DNA from: Caenispirillum bisanense
GTDB lineage: Bacteria > Pseudomonadota > Alphaproteobacteria > Rhodospirillales > Rhodospirillaceae
DNA: 64,000 nucleotides
Direction of reading: 5' to 3'
Assembly: GCA_945906455.1 (NCBI GenBank)
Contig: CAMDRB010000001.1
Coordinates: 710-64,709 of the forward strand
Shown in pieces: positions 40,189 to 51,557 of this stretch; positions within the stretch are counted from its first letter, which is position 1; each line of letters begins with the position of its first letter. The notes under the pieces were generated by a model, which saw only the letters and a list, made by a program, of their open reading frames with translations, did not search any database and was not told the origin of the DNA. The position numbers were made by a program, and so were the translations under genes.

Positions 40189-41110
40189 CGCCGCCACACT
40201 CGCGAATTCCACAACCGGTGTCACGAGCGCTTTTCAGGCCGAACTGATCGCCGTCGCCGCTGCCGCCAACTCCGAATTGGATCGGCTCTTGCCGACGGTA
40301 CCCGGCCCTGAAGGCCGGGTCGTCGAAGCCATGCGCTACGCCGCCCTCGATGGCGGAAAACGCCTGCGGCCGTTTCTCGCCGTCGCCGCCGCCGATTTGT
40401 TCGATGTGCCGCGCGCGCGGTCGATGCGCGCCGCGGCGGCGGTGGAAATGGTGCATTGTTACTCGCTGGTCCACGACGACCTTCCGGCCATGGACGACGA
40501 CGATCTGCGCCGCGGCCGTCCCACTGTCCATAAAAAATTCGACGAAGCCACGGCGATTCTCGCGGGCGATGCGCTTTTGACCGAAGCTTTCGCCGTGCTC
40601 GCCGATCCCGAAACGCATCCTGACGGCGCGGTGCGCGCCGACCTCGTGGCTGAACTGGCGCGCGCTTCAGGCTCATCGGGCATGGTCGGCGGCCAGATGA
40701 TCGACCTCATGTCGGCGTCGCTGACCATGGATGAAGCGGGGCTAAAGCGGCTGCAGAATCTCAAGACCGGCTGCATCATTGCCGCCGCCTGCCGCATGGG
40801 CGCGGTGCTGGCAGGGGCGCCAGCGTCAACGGTCGATATTCTTGGCAGCTACGGCATGGACCTGGGCCTGGCCTTTCAAATCGCCGACGATGTCCTTGAC
40901 GTCGAATCCACGGCCGCCGAAACCGGCAAGGCCACCGGCAAGGACGCGGCCGCCGGCAAGGCCACATTCGTCTCCCGCGTCGGCCTTGAGGCCGCGAAAA
41001 ACCTCGCCAAAACGCTCGCAAATCAGGCCAGTAACCATCTGATTATATTTGGAAATAAGGCCGATTTTCTCCGCGAGGCCGCAGGGTTCGCGGTGACACG
41101 GCGCACCTGA
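40181..41110 (+). CDS. ispA: Polyprenyl (farnesyl/geranyl) diphosphate synthase
   Basis: First DDxxD motif ([17 protein letters not shown]) and second (FQIADDVLD). The GTG start overlaps the xseB stop by 8 nt. Confidence 0.9.
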   Translation: MSSAATLANSTTGVTSAFQAELIAVAAAANSELDRLLPTVPGPEGRVVEAMRYAALDGGKRLRPFLAVAAADLFDVPRARSMRAAAAVEMVHCYSLVHDDLPAMDDDDLRRGRPTVHKKFDEATAILAGDALLTEAFAVLADPETHPDGAVRADLVAELARASGSSGMVGGQMIDLMSASLTMDEAGLKRLQNLKTGCIIAAACRMGAVLAGAPASTVDILGSYGMDLGLAFQIADDVLDVESTAAETGKATGKDAAAGKATFVSRVGLEAAKNLAKTLANQASNHLIIFGNKADFLREAAGFAVTRRT

Positions 41111-41156
41111 TACAGTCTCGGCTGGTTTGCTAGTTTTCTATCCAGGGGTGCTTGCT

Positions 41157-43106
<1,950 letters not shown>

Positions 43107-43117
43107 ACGGCTCTCGA

Positions 43118-43861
43118 TTGAAGACGCCAAAAATCCGACTGGACGAGCTATTGGTGGCGCGCAGCCTCGCCGAAAATCCGGCCAAGGCGCAAGCGTTCGT
43201 GATGGCGGGGTTAGTCTATAGCGGCGAGCAAAAACTGACCTCGCCGGGCGCCAGGGTCAGCGCCGACTTACCGCTGCTCGTCCGGGGCGCGGAACATCCC
43301 TGGGTATCGCGCGGCGGCCTGAAACTGGCCCACGGCCTCGCGCATTTTGCCTTCGATGCCAAAGACCGGATCTGTCTCGATCTCGGTGCCTCGACCGGCG
43401 GGTTCAGCGATGTGTTGCTGCAATCCGGCGCCGCCAGGGTTTATGCCGTCGACGTCGGTTATGGGCAGCTCGCGCACAAATTGCGCATCGATCCGCGCGT
43501 GGTCGTGCTGGAACGCACCAATGCGCGTGCGCTTGATCGCGAGCTGGTGCCCGATCCGCTCGCCGCCATTGTCTGCGATGCCAGCTTCATCGGTTTGCGG
43601 ACGATCCTGCCGGCCGCTCTGGCGCTGGCTGCGCCGGGCGCGTGGCTGGTCGCGCTGATCAAACCGCAGTTTGAAGTCGGCAAGGACAAGGTCGGCGAGG
43701 GCGGCATCGTCCGCGATCCGGCGCTTCACGCCGAAGTCTGCGATGCGATCACGGTATGGATGAACGATCAGCCCGGCTGGCGCGTGACCGGCGTAACGCA
43801 AAGCCCGATCACGGGAGCTGAAGGAAACATCGAATTTCTAATAGGTGCTGTCCGCGCGTAG
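43118..43861 (+). CDS. tlyA: TlyA-family rRNA 2'-O-methyltransferase
   Basis: S4-like N-terminus (RLDELLVARSLAE), the SAM-binding motif LDLGASTGGFSDVLL, and GNIEFL at the C-terminus. Confidence 0.88.
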   Translation: MKTPKIRLDELLVARSLAENPAKAQAFVMAGLVYSGEQKLTSPGARVSADLPLLVRGAEHPWVSRGGLKLAHGLAHFAFDAKDRICLDLGASTGGFSDVLLQSGAARVYAVDVGYGQLAHKLRIDPRVVVLERTNARALDRELVPDPLAAIVCDASFIGLRTILPAALALAAPGAWLVALIKPQFEVGKDKVGEGGIVRDPALHAEVCDAITVWMNDQPGWRVTGVTQSPITGAEGNIEFLIGAVRA

Positions 43862-43920
43862 GGCCGCTTACCTCACCGCCACCGGCGCCATTAGGAGTTG
43901 CGGAACGCGCTATTGATGTT

Positions 43921-43948
43921 CAGTATATTTCTATTATACTGGAAATAT
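43921..43948. promoter_or_regulatory. Putative ArsR operator (overlapping inverted repeats)
   Basis: cagtata (43921-27) pairs with tatactg (43935-41), and atatttc (43925-31) pairs with gaaatat (43942-48). The repeats abut the arsR ATG in an AT-rich patch. Confidence 0.45.
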
Positions 43949-44309
43949 GGAATCGAATCTTGCCGTCACAGCGCTTGGGGCGTTGGCTAACGATGCTCGC
44001 CTCGCGATCTACCGTCACTTAGTGGCCGCCGGCCCGGAGGGTTTGCCCGTTGGGCAGATTGGCGGCAAGCTGAAAATGCCCGGGGCCACCTTGTCTTTTC
44101 ACCTGTCGCAGCTCCAAAACGCGGGCTTGATCGCATCGCGCCGTGACGGCCGCCGATTGATACAAACAGCTAATTTTGAATGCATGAACGAACTCGTGGC
44201 GTATCTGACTGAGAACTGCTGCGGGGGCAAGTCCTGCGATCCGATCTGCAAGCCCAACATAGCTCGCCGAACCGCAAGGGCTCGCCGGGGGACGACTGTG
44301 AATGCCTGA
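43947..44309 (+). CDS. arsR: ArsR/SmtB-family metalloregulator
   Basis: Winged-HTH LGALANDARLAIYRHL...VGQIGGKLKMPGATLSFHLSQLQNAGLI and a Cys-rich C-terminal part (ENCCGGKSCDPIC). Confidence 0.85.
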   Translation: MESNLAVTALGALANDARLAIYRHLVAAGPEGLPVGQIGGKLKMPGATLSFHLSQLQNAGLIASRRDGRRLIQTANFECMNELVAYLTENCCGGKSCDPICKPNIARRTARARRGTTVNA

Positions 44310-44814
44310 GCGGATGCGAAATGTGTTGTTCCTTTGCACTGGGAACTCGGCGAGAAGCATTCTCGCCGAGGCGCTCCTTAATCATTGGGGAAAGGATAAC
44401 TTCAAGGGCTACAGCGCCGGAAGTTTTCCGAAGGGGGACGTCCATCCCCTCGCATTGGAGACTCTTACTCGCTTGGGCCTGTCAACGACGGGATACCGTT
44501 CTAAGAGCTGGAGTGAATTTGCCGAGCCCGGCGCACCGCATATGGACTACATTTTGACCGTCTGCGATCAGGCGGCGGGTGAGCTATGCCCGGTATGGCC
44601 TGGACACCCCATAACGGCACATTGGGGCGTTCCCGATCCCGCAGCGGTTCACGGCACGCGCGAAGAGCAGCTGGCCGCCTTCCGCGAAACTGCTCATATC
44701 CTGCAACTGCGCATCCAATATTTTCTCACGTTCCGCTTCAAGGAAATGCGCCGGGCGGACCTACAAAAACAGCTGGCCGAAGCCGGCAAGCTGACATCAA
44801 ATACGCTCGTATGA
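44302..44814 (+). CDS. arsC: Arsenate reductase, LMW-PTPase (thioredoxin-coupled) type
   Basis: P-loop LFLCTGNSARSILAE and the downstream Cys pair VCDQAAGELCPVW. It overlaps arsR by 8 nt. Confidence 0.88.
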   Translation: MPERMRNVLFLCTGNSARSILAEALLNHWGKDNFKGYSAGSFPKGDVHPLALETLTRLGLSTTGYRSKSWSEFAEPGAPHMDYILTVCDQAAGELCPVWPGHPITAHWGVPDPAAVHGTREEQLAAFRETAHILQLRIQYFLTFRFKEMRRADLQKQLAEAGKLTSNTLV

Positions 44815-45494
44815 ACACCAATCGCGACTCAACCCCGCTCCGTAAACAATGCGGCGCGGAGTTCATTGCCACGGCATTCCTGTTGATCGCCATTGTTGGA
44901 TCGGGAATTGCCGCAGACCGACTTTCCGGCGGTAACCAGGGCCTGGCGCTGCTCGCCAACGCGGCGGCGACGAGTGGGGCGCTGTTTGCCATCATTTTGA
45001 CCTTTGCCCCGACTTCTGGCGCGCACATGAATCCGGCGGTCACGCTCGTCGCAGCCTGGTCGGGAAATTTCGCGTGGAAAAACGTCTTCCCCTACGCTCT
45101 GGCGCAGGTGCTCGGGGCCGTGTTGGGCACGTGGATTGCCCACGGCATGTTCGATCTGGAGATTCTTGAAATCAGCTCGCACACGCGCACGGGAGCGGGA
45201 CAGTGGCTGGCTGAATTTATCGCAACGGTTGGACTTCTGGGCGTCATACGAGGCTGCGCCGCATACTCTGTGCCGACTGCCGCCGCGGCAGTCGCAGCTT
45301 ATATCGGCGGCGCATACTGGTTCACTGCCTCTACGTCGTTTGCCAATCCTGCCGTGACGATCGCACGCTCACTCACCGACACGTTTTCGGGGATTCGTCC
45401 GGCTGATGTGCCGGCGTTCATTGGGGCACAATTAATGGCCGCGGCGGCGATTGGGCTCATGCTCCGCGCTAAAGCCCCGAAAGACCGGCCATAA
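44811..45494 (+). CDS. aqpS: MIP-family aquaglyceroporin (arsenite channel candidate)
   Basis: 227 aa with two NPA boxes (HMNPAV, FANPAV). It has an ATGA overlap with the arsC stop. Confidence 0.82.
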   Translation: MNTNRDSTPLRKQCGAEFIATAFLLIAIVGSGIAADRLSGGNQGLALLANAAATSGALFAIILTFAPTSGAHMNPAVTLVAAWSGNFAWKNVFPYALAQVLGAVLGTWIAHGMFDLEILEISSHTRTGAGQWLAEFIATVGLLGVIRGCAAYSVPTAAAAVAAYIGGAYWFTASTSFANPAVTIARSLTDTFSGIRPADVPAFIGAQLMAAAAIGLMLRAKAPKDRP

Positions 45495-45631
45495 GGCAGC
45501 CGTCGTTTTTAAGAGATTTCGATTTCGCCGCCGCCGGCATGTGGGGCAATCAATTTTCGCTGCCAGCCCCCGGCGCCGTCTGCCGCAAGGTCTTGGCGCG
45601 ATTGCAAAAAGGCCGTCGGCACGAGCCATCG

Positions 45632-46141
45632 TTATTCGCAGGCGACCAGGCCGCCCACCGGAAGGATGTATTCCCAGCCGTCGTCTTGTTGAAGGCGCAG
45701 AGTGCCTTGCGAAACGACCACGCCCCGGTCCATGCCGGCGCGCGTTTCAAAGCCAACGTTGATTTGAATGCGGTGACCTGGATAGGTAAAAGTCTGGTTT
45801 TCGTATTGTCCGAAGGCCTCACGGCCGTCGATCACGATGCGTTTCATCCCCACTTCCTCGCCGTCGATCACCGCCCGTCCCGTACCCTCCCTGGCGCCGA
45901 AGAAGATCAGTTTACGTTCGGCGTTCCGCAGCCAGAGGAACATCGCGCATTCGCCGGCTGCCAACTTGCGGGGCGGCAAAGTCCCAATATGCGATTCCCC
46001 GCCGGAGGCCTGCGGCACCGACCCGGCGGCGCCTTGAAGCAAGGTCGGACGCGGTAGGGTTGAGCAAGCCGTAAGGCCAGCGGCAATCGAGATAGCCAGC
46101 ACCCTTTGTAAGAGGCCCGTCACGAATCCTTGCCCACTCAT
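45632..46141 (-). CDS. Lipoprotein of unknown function, last gene of the gsp transcription block
   Basis: Signal and lipobox VLAISIAAGLTAC|S, 169 aa, starting 13 nt after the gspN stop on the same strand. Confidence 0.65.
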   Translation of the reverse strand: MSGQGFVTGLLQRVLAISIAAGLTACSTLPRPTLLQGAAGSVPQASGGESHIGTLPPRKLAAGECAMFLWLRNAERKLIFFGAREGTGRAVIDGEEVGMKRIVIDGREAFGQYENQTFTYPGHRIQINVGFETRAGMDRGVVVSQGTLRLQQDDGWEYILPVGGLVACE

Positions 46142-46154
46142 GTCAATTCCACCT

Positions 46155-46883
46155 TCAACTCCAACGGCCGTGCTGCGTCAACGACATGGCGCCGTCGACA
46201 TAAATAAATCCAATGCTGGAAAGCACGCTCTTGACGGTTTCGTCCATCGTACGCGCATCCACTTGAATGTTGAAGGTGCCGTCGTTGATCAGGCGCAAGG
46301 TCACGGCGACGGCTTCGGCGCGGTCACCGCCGGTCAGCGGCACGACCAACACGCCGTCGCGGCAGGCGACGGCGCCCGTAAGCAGCGGTCCGTGCCAATC
46401 CAGTCCGGCGGGGCGCTCGACCAAGGCGTCGGTGCGCATGTCCGCATCGACCGAGCGGCATCCTGCCCTCGAGAAATCGGCGTGCCGAAGAACCATACTC
46501 ACGGCGCCGTTTAGGGGCAATAAGACCGGCAGCAAAGCCATATCCGACGAGAACGTAAAGTCCTTCACGACCACACTTGAATTGGCCCAGAGCGTAATCG
46601 AGCCGCCGCCGGACATTCCCGGCCCTGCCAACGCCACTTCGAGGTCGAGCCGCGCGAGCAGCAATGAGAGGGGGCTGACTGTCACCGCAACATCGCCGAT
46701 CGCTCGACCGCGCCATGTTAGGCCACTGATTCGGCCGCTCCACAGCAAGCCATCCGCTCGATTGAAGCTAAGCCCGCGATCGGCGAGATCGAACGCGGCC
46801 ACGGTCACGCCAAGCGGCAGCGAAGCCAGCGCGAAGAGGGTAAAGCAGACGCCGAATAGCGCGAACAAAGTCCGGTTCCTCAC
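46155..46883 (-). CDS. gspN: Type II secretion system protein N
   Basis: 242 aa with an N-terminal TM segment, a LWSGRISGLTWRGRAIGDV-type motif, and its position after gspM. Confidence 0.7.
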   Translation of the reverse strand: MRNRTLFALFGVCFTLFALASLPLGVTVAAFDLADRGLSFNRADGLLWSGRISGLTWRGRAIGDVAVTVSPLSLLLARLDLEVALAGPGMSGGGSITLWANSSVVVKDFTFSSDMALLPVLLPLNGAVSMVLRHADFSRAGCRSVDADMRTDALVERPAGLDWHGPLLTGAVACRDGVLVVPLTGGDRAEAVAVTLRLINDGTFNIQVDARTMDETVKSVLSSIGFIYVDGAMSLTQHGRWS

Positions 46884-47353
46884 TTCGCGCCTCCGCCGGC
46901 AAAGGTAATCTGAGCCCTGACGGATCCGCCTTCACTCTTCTGGATCGAAGCTCTAGCCACAGAAATTCCGTAGCGTTCCTGGAGGGCGGTTATCCATTTG
47001 TACAACGCCGGCGAACCAACGTCGTCAAGCCACACGTCCAGGTCGTTGTTTTCGTGGGGTTGAAGGCGGGTAATGGCAAGCCCTTGTTCGGATGCCACCA
47101 GGCCGACGGCCGTGCGTGCCTCAACATGCGCCCGCGCGACAGCTCCCGACCGAAGCCCCTCAATTTCGCTCGCGTCGGCTTCAACCTGGGCCAAAAGGGC
47201 GACGGCGTTTTCAAAGTCGGTCTTGGCCCCCAGGCGATAGGCGACCAGCGGCTTCATGCCGAACTGGACGGCGCACAAGACGAGCAGTAGGCCGCCGAGG
47301 CCGACGAGCGCTGCTTTTTCCCGCTGCGTACGTTCATGCCACCACTGCATCAC
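46880..47353 (-). CDS. gspM: Type II secretion system protein M
   Basis: 157 aa, single TM after RTQREKAAL, with 4-nt overlaps on both sides. Confidence 0.7.
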   Translation of the reverse strand: MMQWWHERTQREKAALVGLGGLLLVLCAVQFGMKPLVAYRLGAKTDFENAVALLAQVEADASEIEGLRSGAVARAHVEARTAVGLVASEQGLAITRLQPHENNDLDVWLDDVGSPALYKWITALQERYGISVARASIQKSEGGSVRAQITFAGGGAK

Positions 47354-48582
47354 GGCACCCGCACCACGATATCGGTAACGATGCGGTCACCGTCCTGTCG
47401 CGCACCGCCTTCCTGGACGGTCCCGCCGTTCTTTCTTATGGCAGTGTTAATACGTTCGATGACGTCATAAGAAGGCAGCGACATCGTTACCGAAGTTTCG
47501 CCGCCCTTAGCGTCAAATCTCAACACCTGAATTTCACTACCGTCAGTTTCCGAAACCACAGCAAACAGCATCGTGCTCGTCTGCAAGAATCCGGTCGACC
47601 CGCGGGCCTTGAGCTCCTGCAAATGAGCGCGGATTTGCGCACGCGGGTTTACGACCCGCTTGACGTCCGGGAAAACCCGGCGAAAAACCGCCTCGGTGCG
47701 CGCCGTCGCAAATTCCGCCTGTCGATGCAGACGCATACTGTCGACGACCAGGTAGGTCAGAGCAAGCACCGCCGTTGCGCCCACCAGGATGGCGGTCCGG
47801 CGCCAGTCCCGACCAACGGCGGCCCAATCCCGCCGTGGGGCGTAATCCCCCTGGAGCAGATTGATATGCGCGCCACCACGCACGGCCGCATGGGCCATTT
47901 GCAAAAGGCCAGGGTCGGAGAGCGATTCTAGTTTGGCAATGCCGCGATAAGCCTTCAAAGGCCCTCTCAACAGGGCCTCGGCGTCGCCCGTGATGAGACG
48001 CAGGCTGCGAATATTCTTAAACGAATCACCAAGGACCCAGTCGAGGACAGTGGGTTCGATAGTGAAGGCCGCAGCCCCCGGACCGAGGCGGACCGAAACC
48101 ATGCCGGCACGGCCGAGCACGACAGCCTCATGGGGCGCTGCCGTTACCGCCAAGAAATCGGGCACGAGAATGTCAGCCTTCAGCGCCATGCTCTCAAGTC
48201 GCGCTAGCCATGATCTCATAGTGTCGCGAGATACCGCCAAGATAGCCCGGCCTTCGTTTGCCGATTCTGGCGCCAGAGCAAAATGCATTTCAGCGCTGTC
48301 GACGGCAAGGTCGTCTTCAAGCATGAACGCTGCCGCCTTGCGCAACTGGACTTCAGTCTGGGCCGGCAGCGCTACGGTCCGCGCGAGGACGGATGCTCCG
48401 GATACGACAACCCAAGTTTCGGCTGGCCATGTCGCGGCCGGAGCTTCACCTTCGGCGAATTCTAATTTTCGGCCGGGTTCGATGATTCCCGAGCGCACGA
48501 TGGCAGCAGAGTCTTTACCAAATATACCCCACACCGAAGGCGCATCAGGAGACTCTGCCAAGATGACGATGAGGACTGTCAT
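47350..48582 (-). CDS. gspL: Type II secretion system protein L
   Basis: 410 aa with a cytoplasmic actin-like N-domain, one TM (AILVGATAVLALTYLVV) and a periplasmic C-domain. Its position between gspK and gspM supports the call. Confidence 0.72.
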   Translation of the reverse strand: MTVLIVILAESPDAPSVWGIFGKDSAAIVRSGIIEPGRKLEFAEGEAPAATWPAETWVVVSGASVLARTVALPAQTEVQLRKAAAFMLEDDLAVDSAEMHFALAPESANEGRAILAVSRDTMRSWLARLESMALKADILVPDFLAVTAAPHEAVVLGRAGMVSVRLGPGAAAFTIEPTVLDWVLGDSFKNIRSLRLITGDAEALLRGPLKAYRGIAKLESLSDPGLLQMAHAAVRGGAHINLLQGDYAPRRDWAAVGRDWRRTAILVGATAVLALTYLVVDSMRLHRQAEFATARTEAVFRRVFPDVKRVVNPRAQIRAHLQELKARGSTGFLQTSTMLFAVVSETDGSEIQVLRFDAKGGETSVTMSLPSYDVIERINTAIRKNGGTVQEGGARQDGDRIVTDIVVRVP

Positions 48583-49598
48583 CAGTCGAAGGTCCCGTAT
48601 CTGCGGGCATGGGTCGTGAGACGTCCACCGTCGTCCACTTCAACCAGAGAATTCATGGTGAATTCAGCCTCGTGAAATTGCACCGTGCTTGCCACGTCGA
48701 AATAATGGGTCTTGAGAACGAACTGCCGGCGGGTGGGTTCATCGATCGCTAGCCCCGAAAACGCATCCAGGGAGAAGAATCGATCGGTGCTGGAAAACCC
48801 GTCTAAGGGCCGAGCGGCGATGAGACGCTGCGCTTCGGTGAGTCGCAGCTCAGGCCCAGCCAGCATGACCAAGAGCGCGGCCTGGCTCTCGCGCACGGTA
48901 TTGATGTTGATCCGGCTAAGGTCATTGGTCGGCAAAGCGCAGACGAGAGGCCGTAGCCGCTGATAAATCTCCTCGGTGTAGCCGGAAATGGCGCGCAGTT
49001 CGCTGGGCTCGGCGAGGAGTGTGCCGGCGGTGCGGTAAGGCACTAGACGAGCGCCGTAGTATTCGTCTTCGGCTCCGTAGGCCGCCGATTCCCCGTCGCT
49101 ATCAACCCAATCGACCAAAGACGCCGCCAGCGCCGCGCTCAGCCGCCGGTCGAACTCCAAGGCCGTTAGCAATGCGATATATTGTTCCTGACCGGTAGCC
49201 CGGACGATGGTGAGGCCCGTCGGTCCGCGTTCGGCGACGCTGTTAAGGTTGAAACAAGTTCCCCCGTCCGTGATCCGGCCGGAAATCGAACCGCCGTCAA
49301 TCGCGAACGCGACGCCGTCCTTCGCCCAGGGATCGCGCAATGTCGAACGCGAGGAGCTCACCTTCCAGCTTCGCCAGAGCACCTGACGAGCCATGGCTTC
49401 GGCTCCGAGCGCGTACCATGACATCTGATCGGAGATGCGGATATTGGCAGTTCGCCGAACCGCGAAGCGAATGTCATCGGTAACGGCGATGGCAACCGAG
49501 GACATGACGGTGACCAAAAGCAGGACGATGAGCAAGGCCACGCCTCGCTCATGGTGCGCGCCCCGATAGCCCCTCCCGGACATCCTTTCAAACACCAT
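48582..49598 (-). CDS. gspK: Type II secretion minor pseudopilin K
   Basis: 338 aa. The N-terminal hydrophobic segment RGVALLIVLLLVTVMSSVAIA lacks Glu5, as GspK does. Size and operon position fit. Confidence 0.78.
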   Translation of the reverse strand: MVFERMSGRGYRGAHHERGVALLIVLLLVTVMSSVAIAVTDDIRFAVRRTANIRISDQMSWYALGAEAMARQVLWRSWKVSSSRSTLRDPWAKDGVAFAIDGGSISGRITDGGTCFNLNSVAERGPTGLTIVRATGQEQYIALLTALEFDRRLSAALAASLVDWVDSDGESAAYGAEDEYYGARLVPYRTAGTLLAEPSELRAISGYTEEIYQRLRPLVCALPTNDLSRININTVRESQAALLVMLAGPELRLTEAQRLIAARPLDGFSSTDRFFSLDAFSGLAIDEPTRRQFVLKTHYFDVASTVQFHEAEFTMNSLVEVDDGGRLTTHARRYGTFD

Positions 49599-49610
49599 GA
49601 CCCACCTTCC

Positions 49611-50216
49611 TCAATTCGCAGGCGTAAGAAAAGCTTGGCGAATCTCGCCCAGCCCAGCGACAGTTACAGTAACCGCAATCGCTTTCGGCAGTTCGGCGTT
49701 TTCCGACACCGCACGCCATCTGTCGATCCAATTTCCGGCGGAGAAAAACGAAACCCGCGCACTGCTCACATTCGCAAGGAGTCTGGTGGTTATCGTCGCC
49801 GTACCGGGCGCGGGATCGAGATAGGGACGCGTGCGGCGGAGGAGTTCGGCCCCATCGAGAATGTATTCCACGTATTGTAGCGAGCTGCGCGCTTCCTCGC
49901 CCGCAGGGTTGTTCCAACCCCGGCGGACAAATGACACCAAGACATTCTTGTCCTGTGCCGACGATGTCGCGAAGCTGCTTCGAGATTGTCCGCCATAAGC
50001 GTTGCGCACGGCGCGCGGCGCGAGCTGGCCGAGATCGGCCTTCATCACGGCACGAGCGACCTGGATATCTTGGATGGCCGCTGAAGAGCGGTGGAAGGCC
50101 TCTTTGTTGCGCAGTGTCAGATTGAGAATGCCGACCGAGGCGGCGGTCAGCAGCGAAAAGGCCAGCAATGCCGCCAGCATTTCCACCAAGGTAAACCCGC
50201 GCGCTACGGCCGTCAT
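49611..50216 (-). CDS. gspJ: Type II secretion minor pseudopilin J
   Basis: Prepilin motif ARG|FTLVEMLAALLAF, 201 aa. Confidence 0.8.
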   Translation of the reverse strand: MTAVARGFTLVEMLAALLAFSLLTAASVGILNLTLRNKEAFHRSSAAIQDIQVARAVMKADLGQLAPRAVRNAYGGQSRSSFATSSAQDKNVLVSFVRRGWNNPAGEEARSSLQYVEYILDGAELLRRTRPYLDPAPGTATITTRLLANVSSARVSFFSAGNWIDRWRAVSENAELPKAIAVTVTVAGLGEIRQAFLTPAN

Positions 50217-50614
50217 CGCAAACCCCGAAAGGCGCTAACCGCGATCAAGGCCGACTCTCCCGGCGCGATACGTACCGCGACGTCGACGCGCTTGATATCT
50301 CGATCGCTGGTCGCGCTCACGGCCCGAGACCATACCCAAGCCTGGCCGGCAATTTCGGTTTCACCGTTGGTCTCACCGAGCGGAAGTTCAACCGGCGCGG
50401 CAACGGCCTCAACCAGCAGATTTTCGGCAATAATCTCGGCAAACAAGCGGTCGCGGACAGCGGAAGACAGGCTTGCGCTAACGCCCTGCACATTCAGCAG
50501 CGCGAGCACGGCAATGCTCAGGACGCCTAGTGCGACTAAGACTTCCACCAGGGTAAATCCGCGGTCGCGGCGTTGATCAGGGTTTGTCGAATACGACAAC
50601 TTCGCCTCTTTCAT
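50213..50614 (-). CDS. gspI: Type II secretion minor pseudopilin I
   Basis: Prepilin motif DRG|FTLVEVLVALGVLSIA. The start is uncertain (ATG 50614 or a TTG about 50599 after AAGAGG). Confidence 0.78.
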   Translation of the reverse strand: MKEAKLSYSTNPDQRRDRGFTLVEVLVALGVLSIAVLALLNVQGVSASLSSAVRDRLFAEIIAENLLVEAVAAPVELPLGETNGETEIAGQAWVWSRAVSATSDRDIKRVDVAVRIAPGESALIAVSAFRGLR

Positions 50615-51101
50615 TACTCGAAACAACATATTGATCGGAGCCTTCGGCGAGCGACATAGAGAAAGGTGTGACCACACCCGTTGGATCAAACACCACACTC
50701 GGCATGACGCCCTTCGCTTCGACGCGTGTCGGGGAGCGCAGCCCGGCGTTGGCCGCCCGGTTCATGTCGGCGACGACGCCGGGTCTCCAGGACTTGCGTT
50801 CAAAGGCCCGCTCGCCTGACCATTCCCGCCACTTACCAGCGTCAAGATAGTAAAAGGCGTAGCCCTCGGACGTGACCAGTAGCCCGGTAGATACGCCTTT
50901 GATAATGCTCTCTTGGGCAAGAAGCTTGGCGCGCGCCGCGAGCGCACGCGCGTCATTGCGCAGCGAACCGGTTTTCCCATGCAGGGTGAAGACAGCCACG
51001 CTGGTGAGAAGGCCAATGATCACGAGCACGACCAACGTCTCAACCAGCGTGAAGCCGCGCGGCTTCCGCTCTCGGCGCTTAATTCCAGTTGCCGATGTCA
51101 C
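50577..51101 (-). CDS. gspH: Type II secretion minor pseudopilin H
   Basis: Prepilin motif PRG|FTLVETLVVLVIIGLL. The GTG start at 51101 overlaps the end of gspG. The longer ORF to 51443 is rejected because it runs through gspG. Confidence 0.75.
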   Translation of the reverse strand: MTSATGIKRRERKPRGFTLVETLVVLVIIGLLTSVAVFTLHGKTGSLRNDARALAARAKLLAQESIIKGVSTGLLVTSEGYAFYYLDAGKWREWSGERAFERKSWRPGVVADMNRAANAGLRSPTRVEAKGVMPSVVFDPTGVVTPFSMSLAEGSDQYVVSSNERGEVVVFDKP

Positions 51102-51540
51102 CGTCGAGCCCTTCTCCGCCAAGTTTGCGATTGGCGCCAAGTGAATAGATATCGAACGGCCCCCGCTCGCCGGGAAAAACATACTGATAGGGTACTCCCC
51201 AAGGATCGCTGGGCAACCGTCGGATATAGGCGTCTTTGCGGTAGCGGTCAGGCTGCGCGAGTTCATCGGGGGCCCTGACCAACGCGTCAAGCCCTTGTTC
51301 CATGGTTGGGTAAGCAAGAGTGTCGAGCCGGTACATTTCAATCGCCTGGGAAATGAGCATGACATCGGCCTTGGCCTTCTCAACCATGGCCTTATCCTGG
51401 CTCGGCAGGACATTGAGCACGACGAAGGTCGAGAGCAGGCCAATGATTACGATCACGACCATCAGTTCGACTAGCGTAAAACCCGCCTCGGCGTGGCGCT
51501 TAGCTGTAAGCCGGAACGGCATTTTCAATAGTGCGGTCAT
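51079..51540 (-). CDS. gspG: Type II secretion major pseudopilin G
   Basis: AEAG|FTLVELMVVIVIIGLL followed by DKAMVEKAKADV...IEMYRLD...YP, the highly conserved GspG core. Confidence 0.92.
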   Translation of the reverse strand: MTALLKMPFRLTAKRHAEAGFTLVELMVVIVIIGLLSTFVVLNVLPSQDKAMVEKAKADVMLISQAIEMYRLDTLAYPTMEQGLDALVRAPDELAQPDRYRKDAYIRRLPSDPWGVPYQYVFPGERGPFDIYSLGANRKLGGEGLDGDIGNWN

Positions 51541-51557
51541 CGGGAGGTGTTCCAGAT

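Noticed and set aside
50577-51443. Long 288-aa version of the gspH ORF extending through gspG
   Set aside because: The upstream 114 codons overlap gspG out of frame. The prepilin leader motif only makes sense with the GTG start at 51101.
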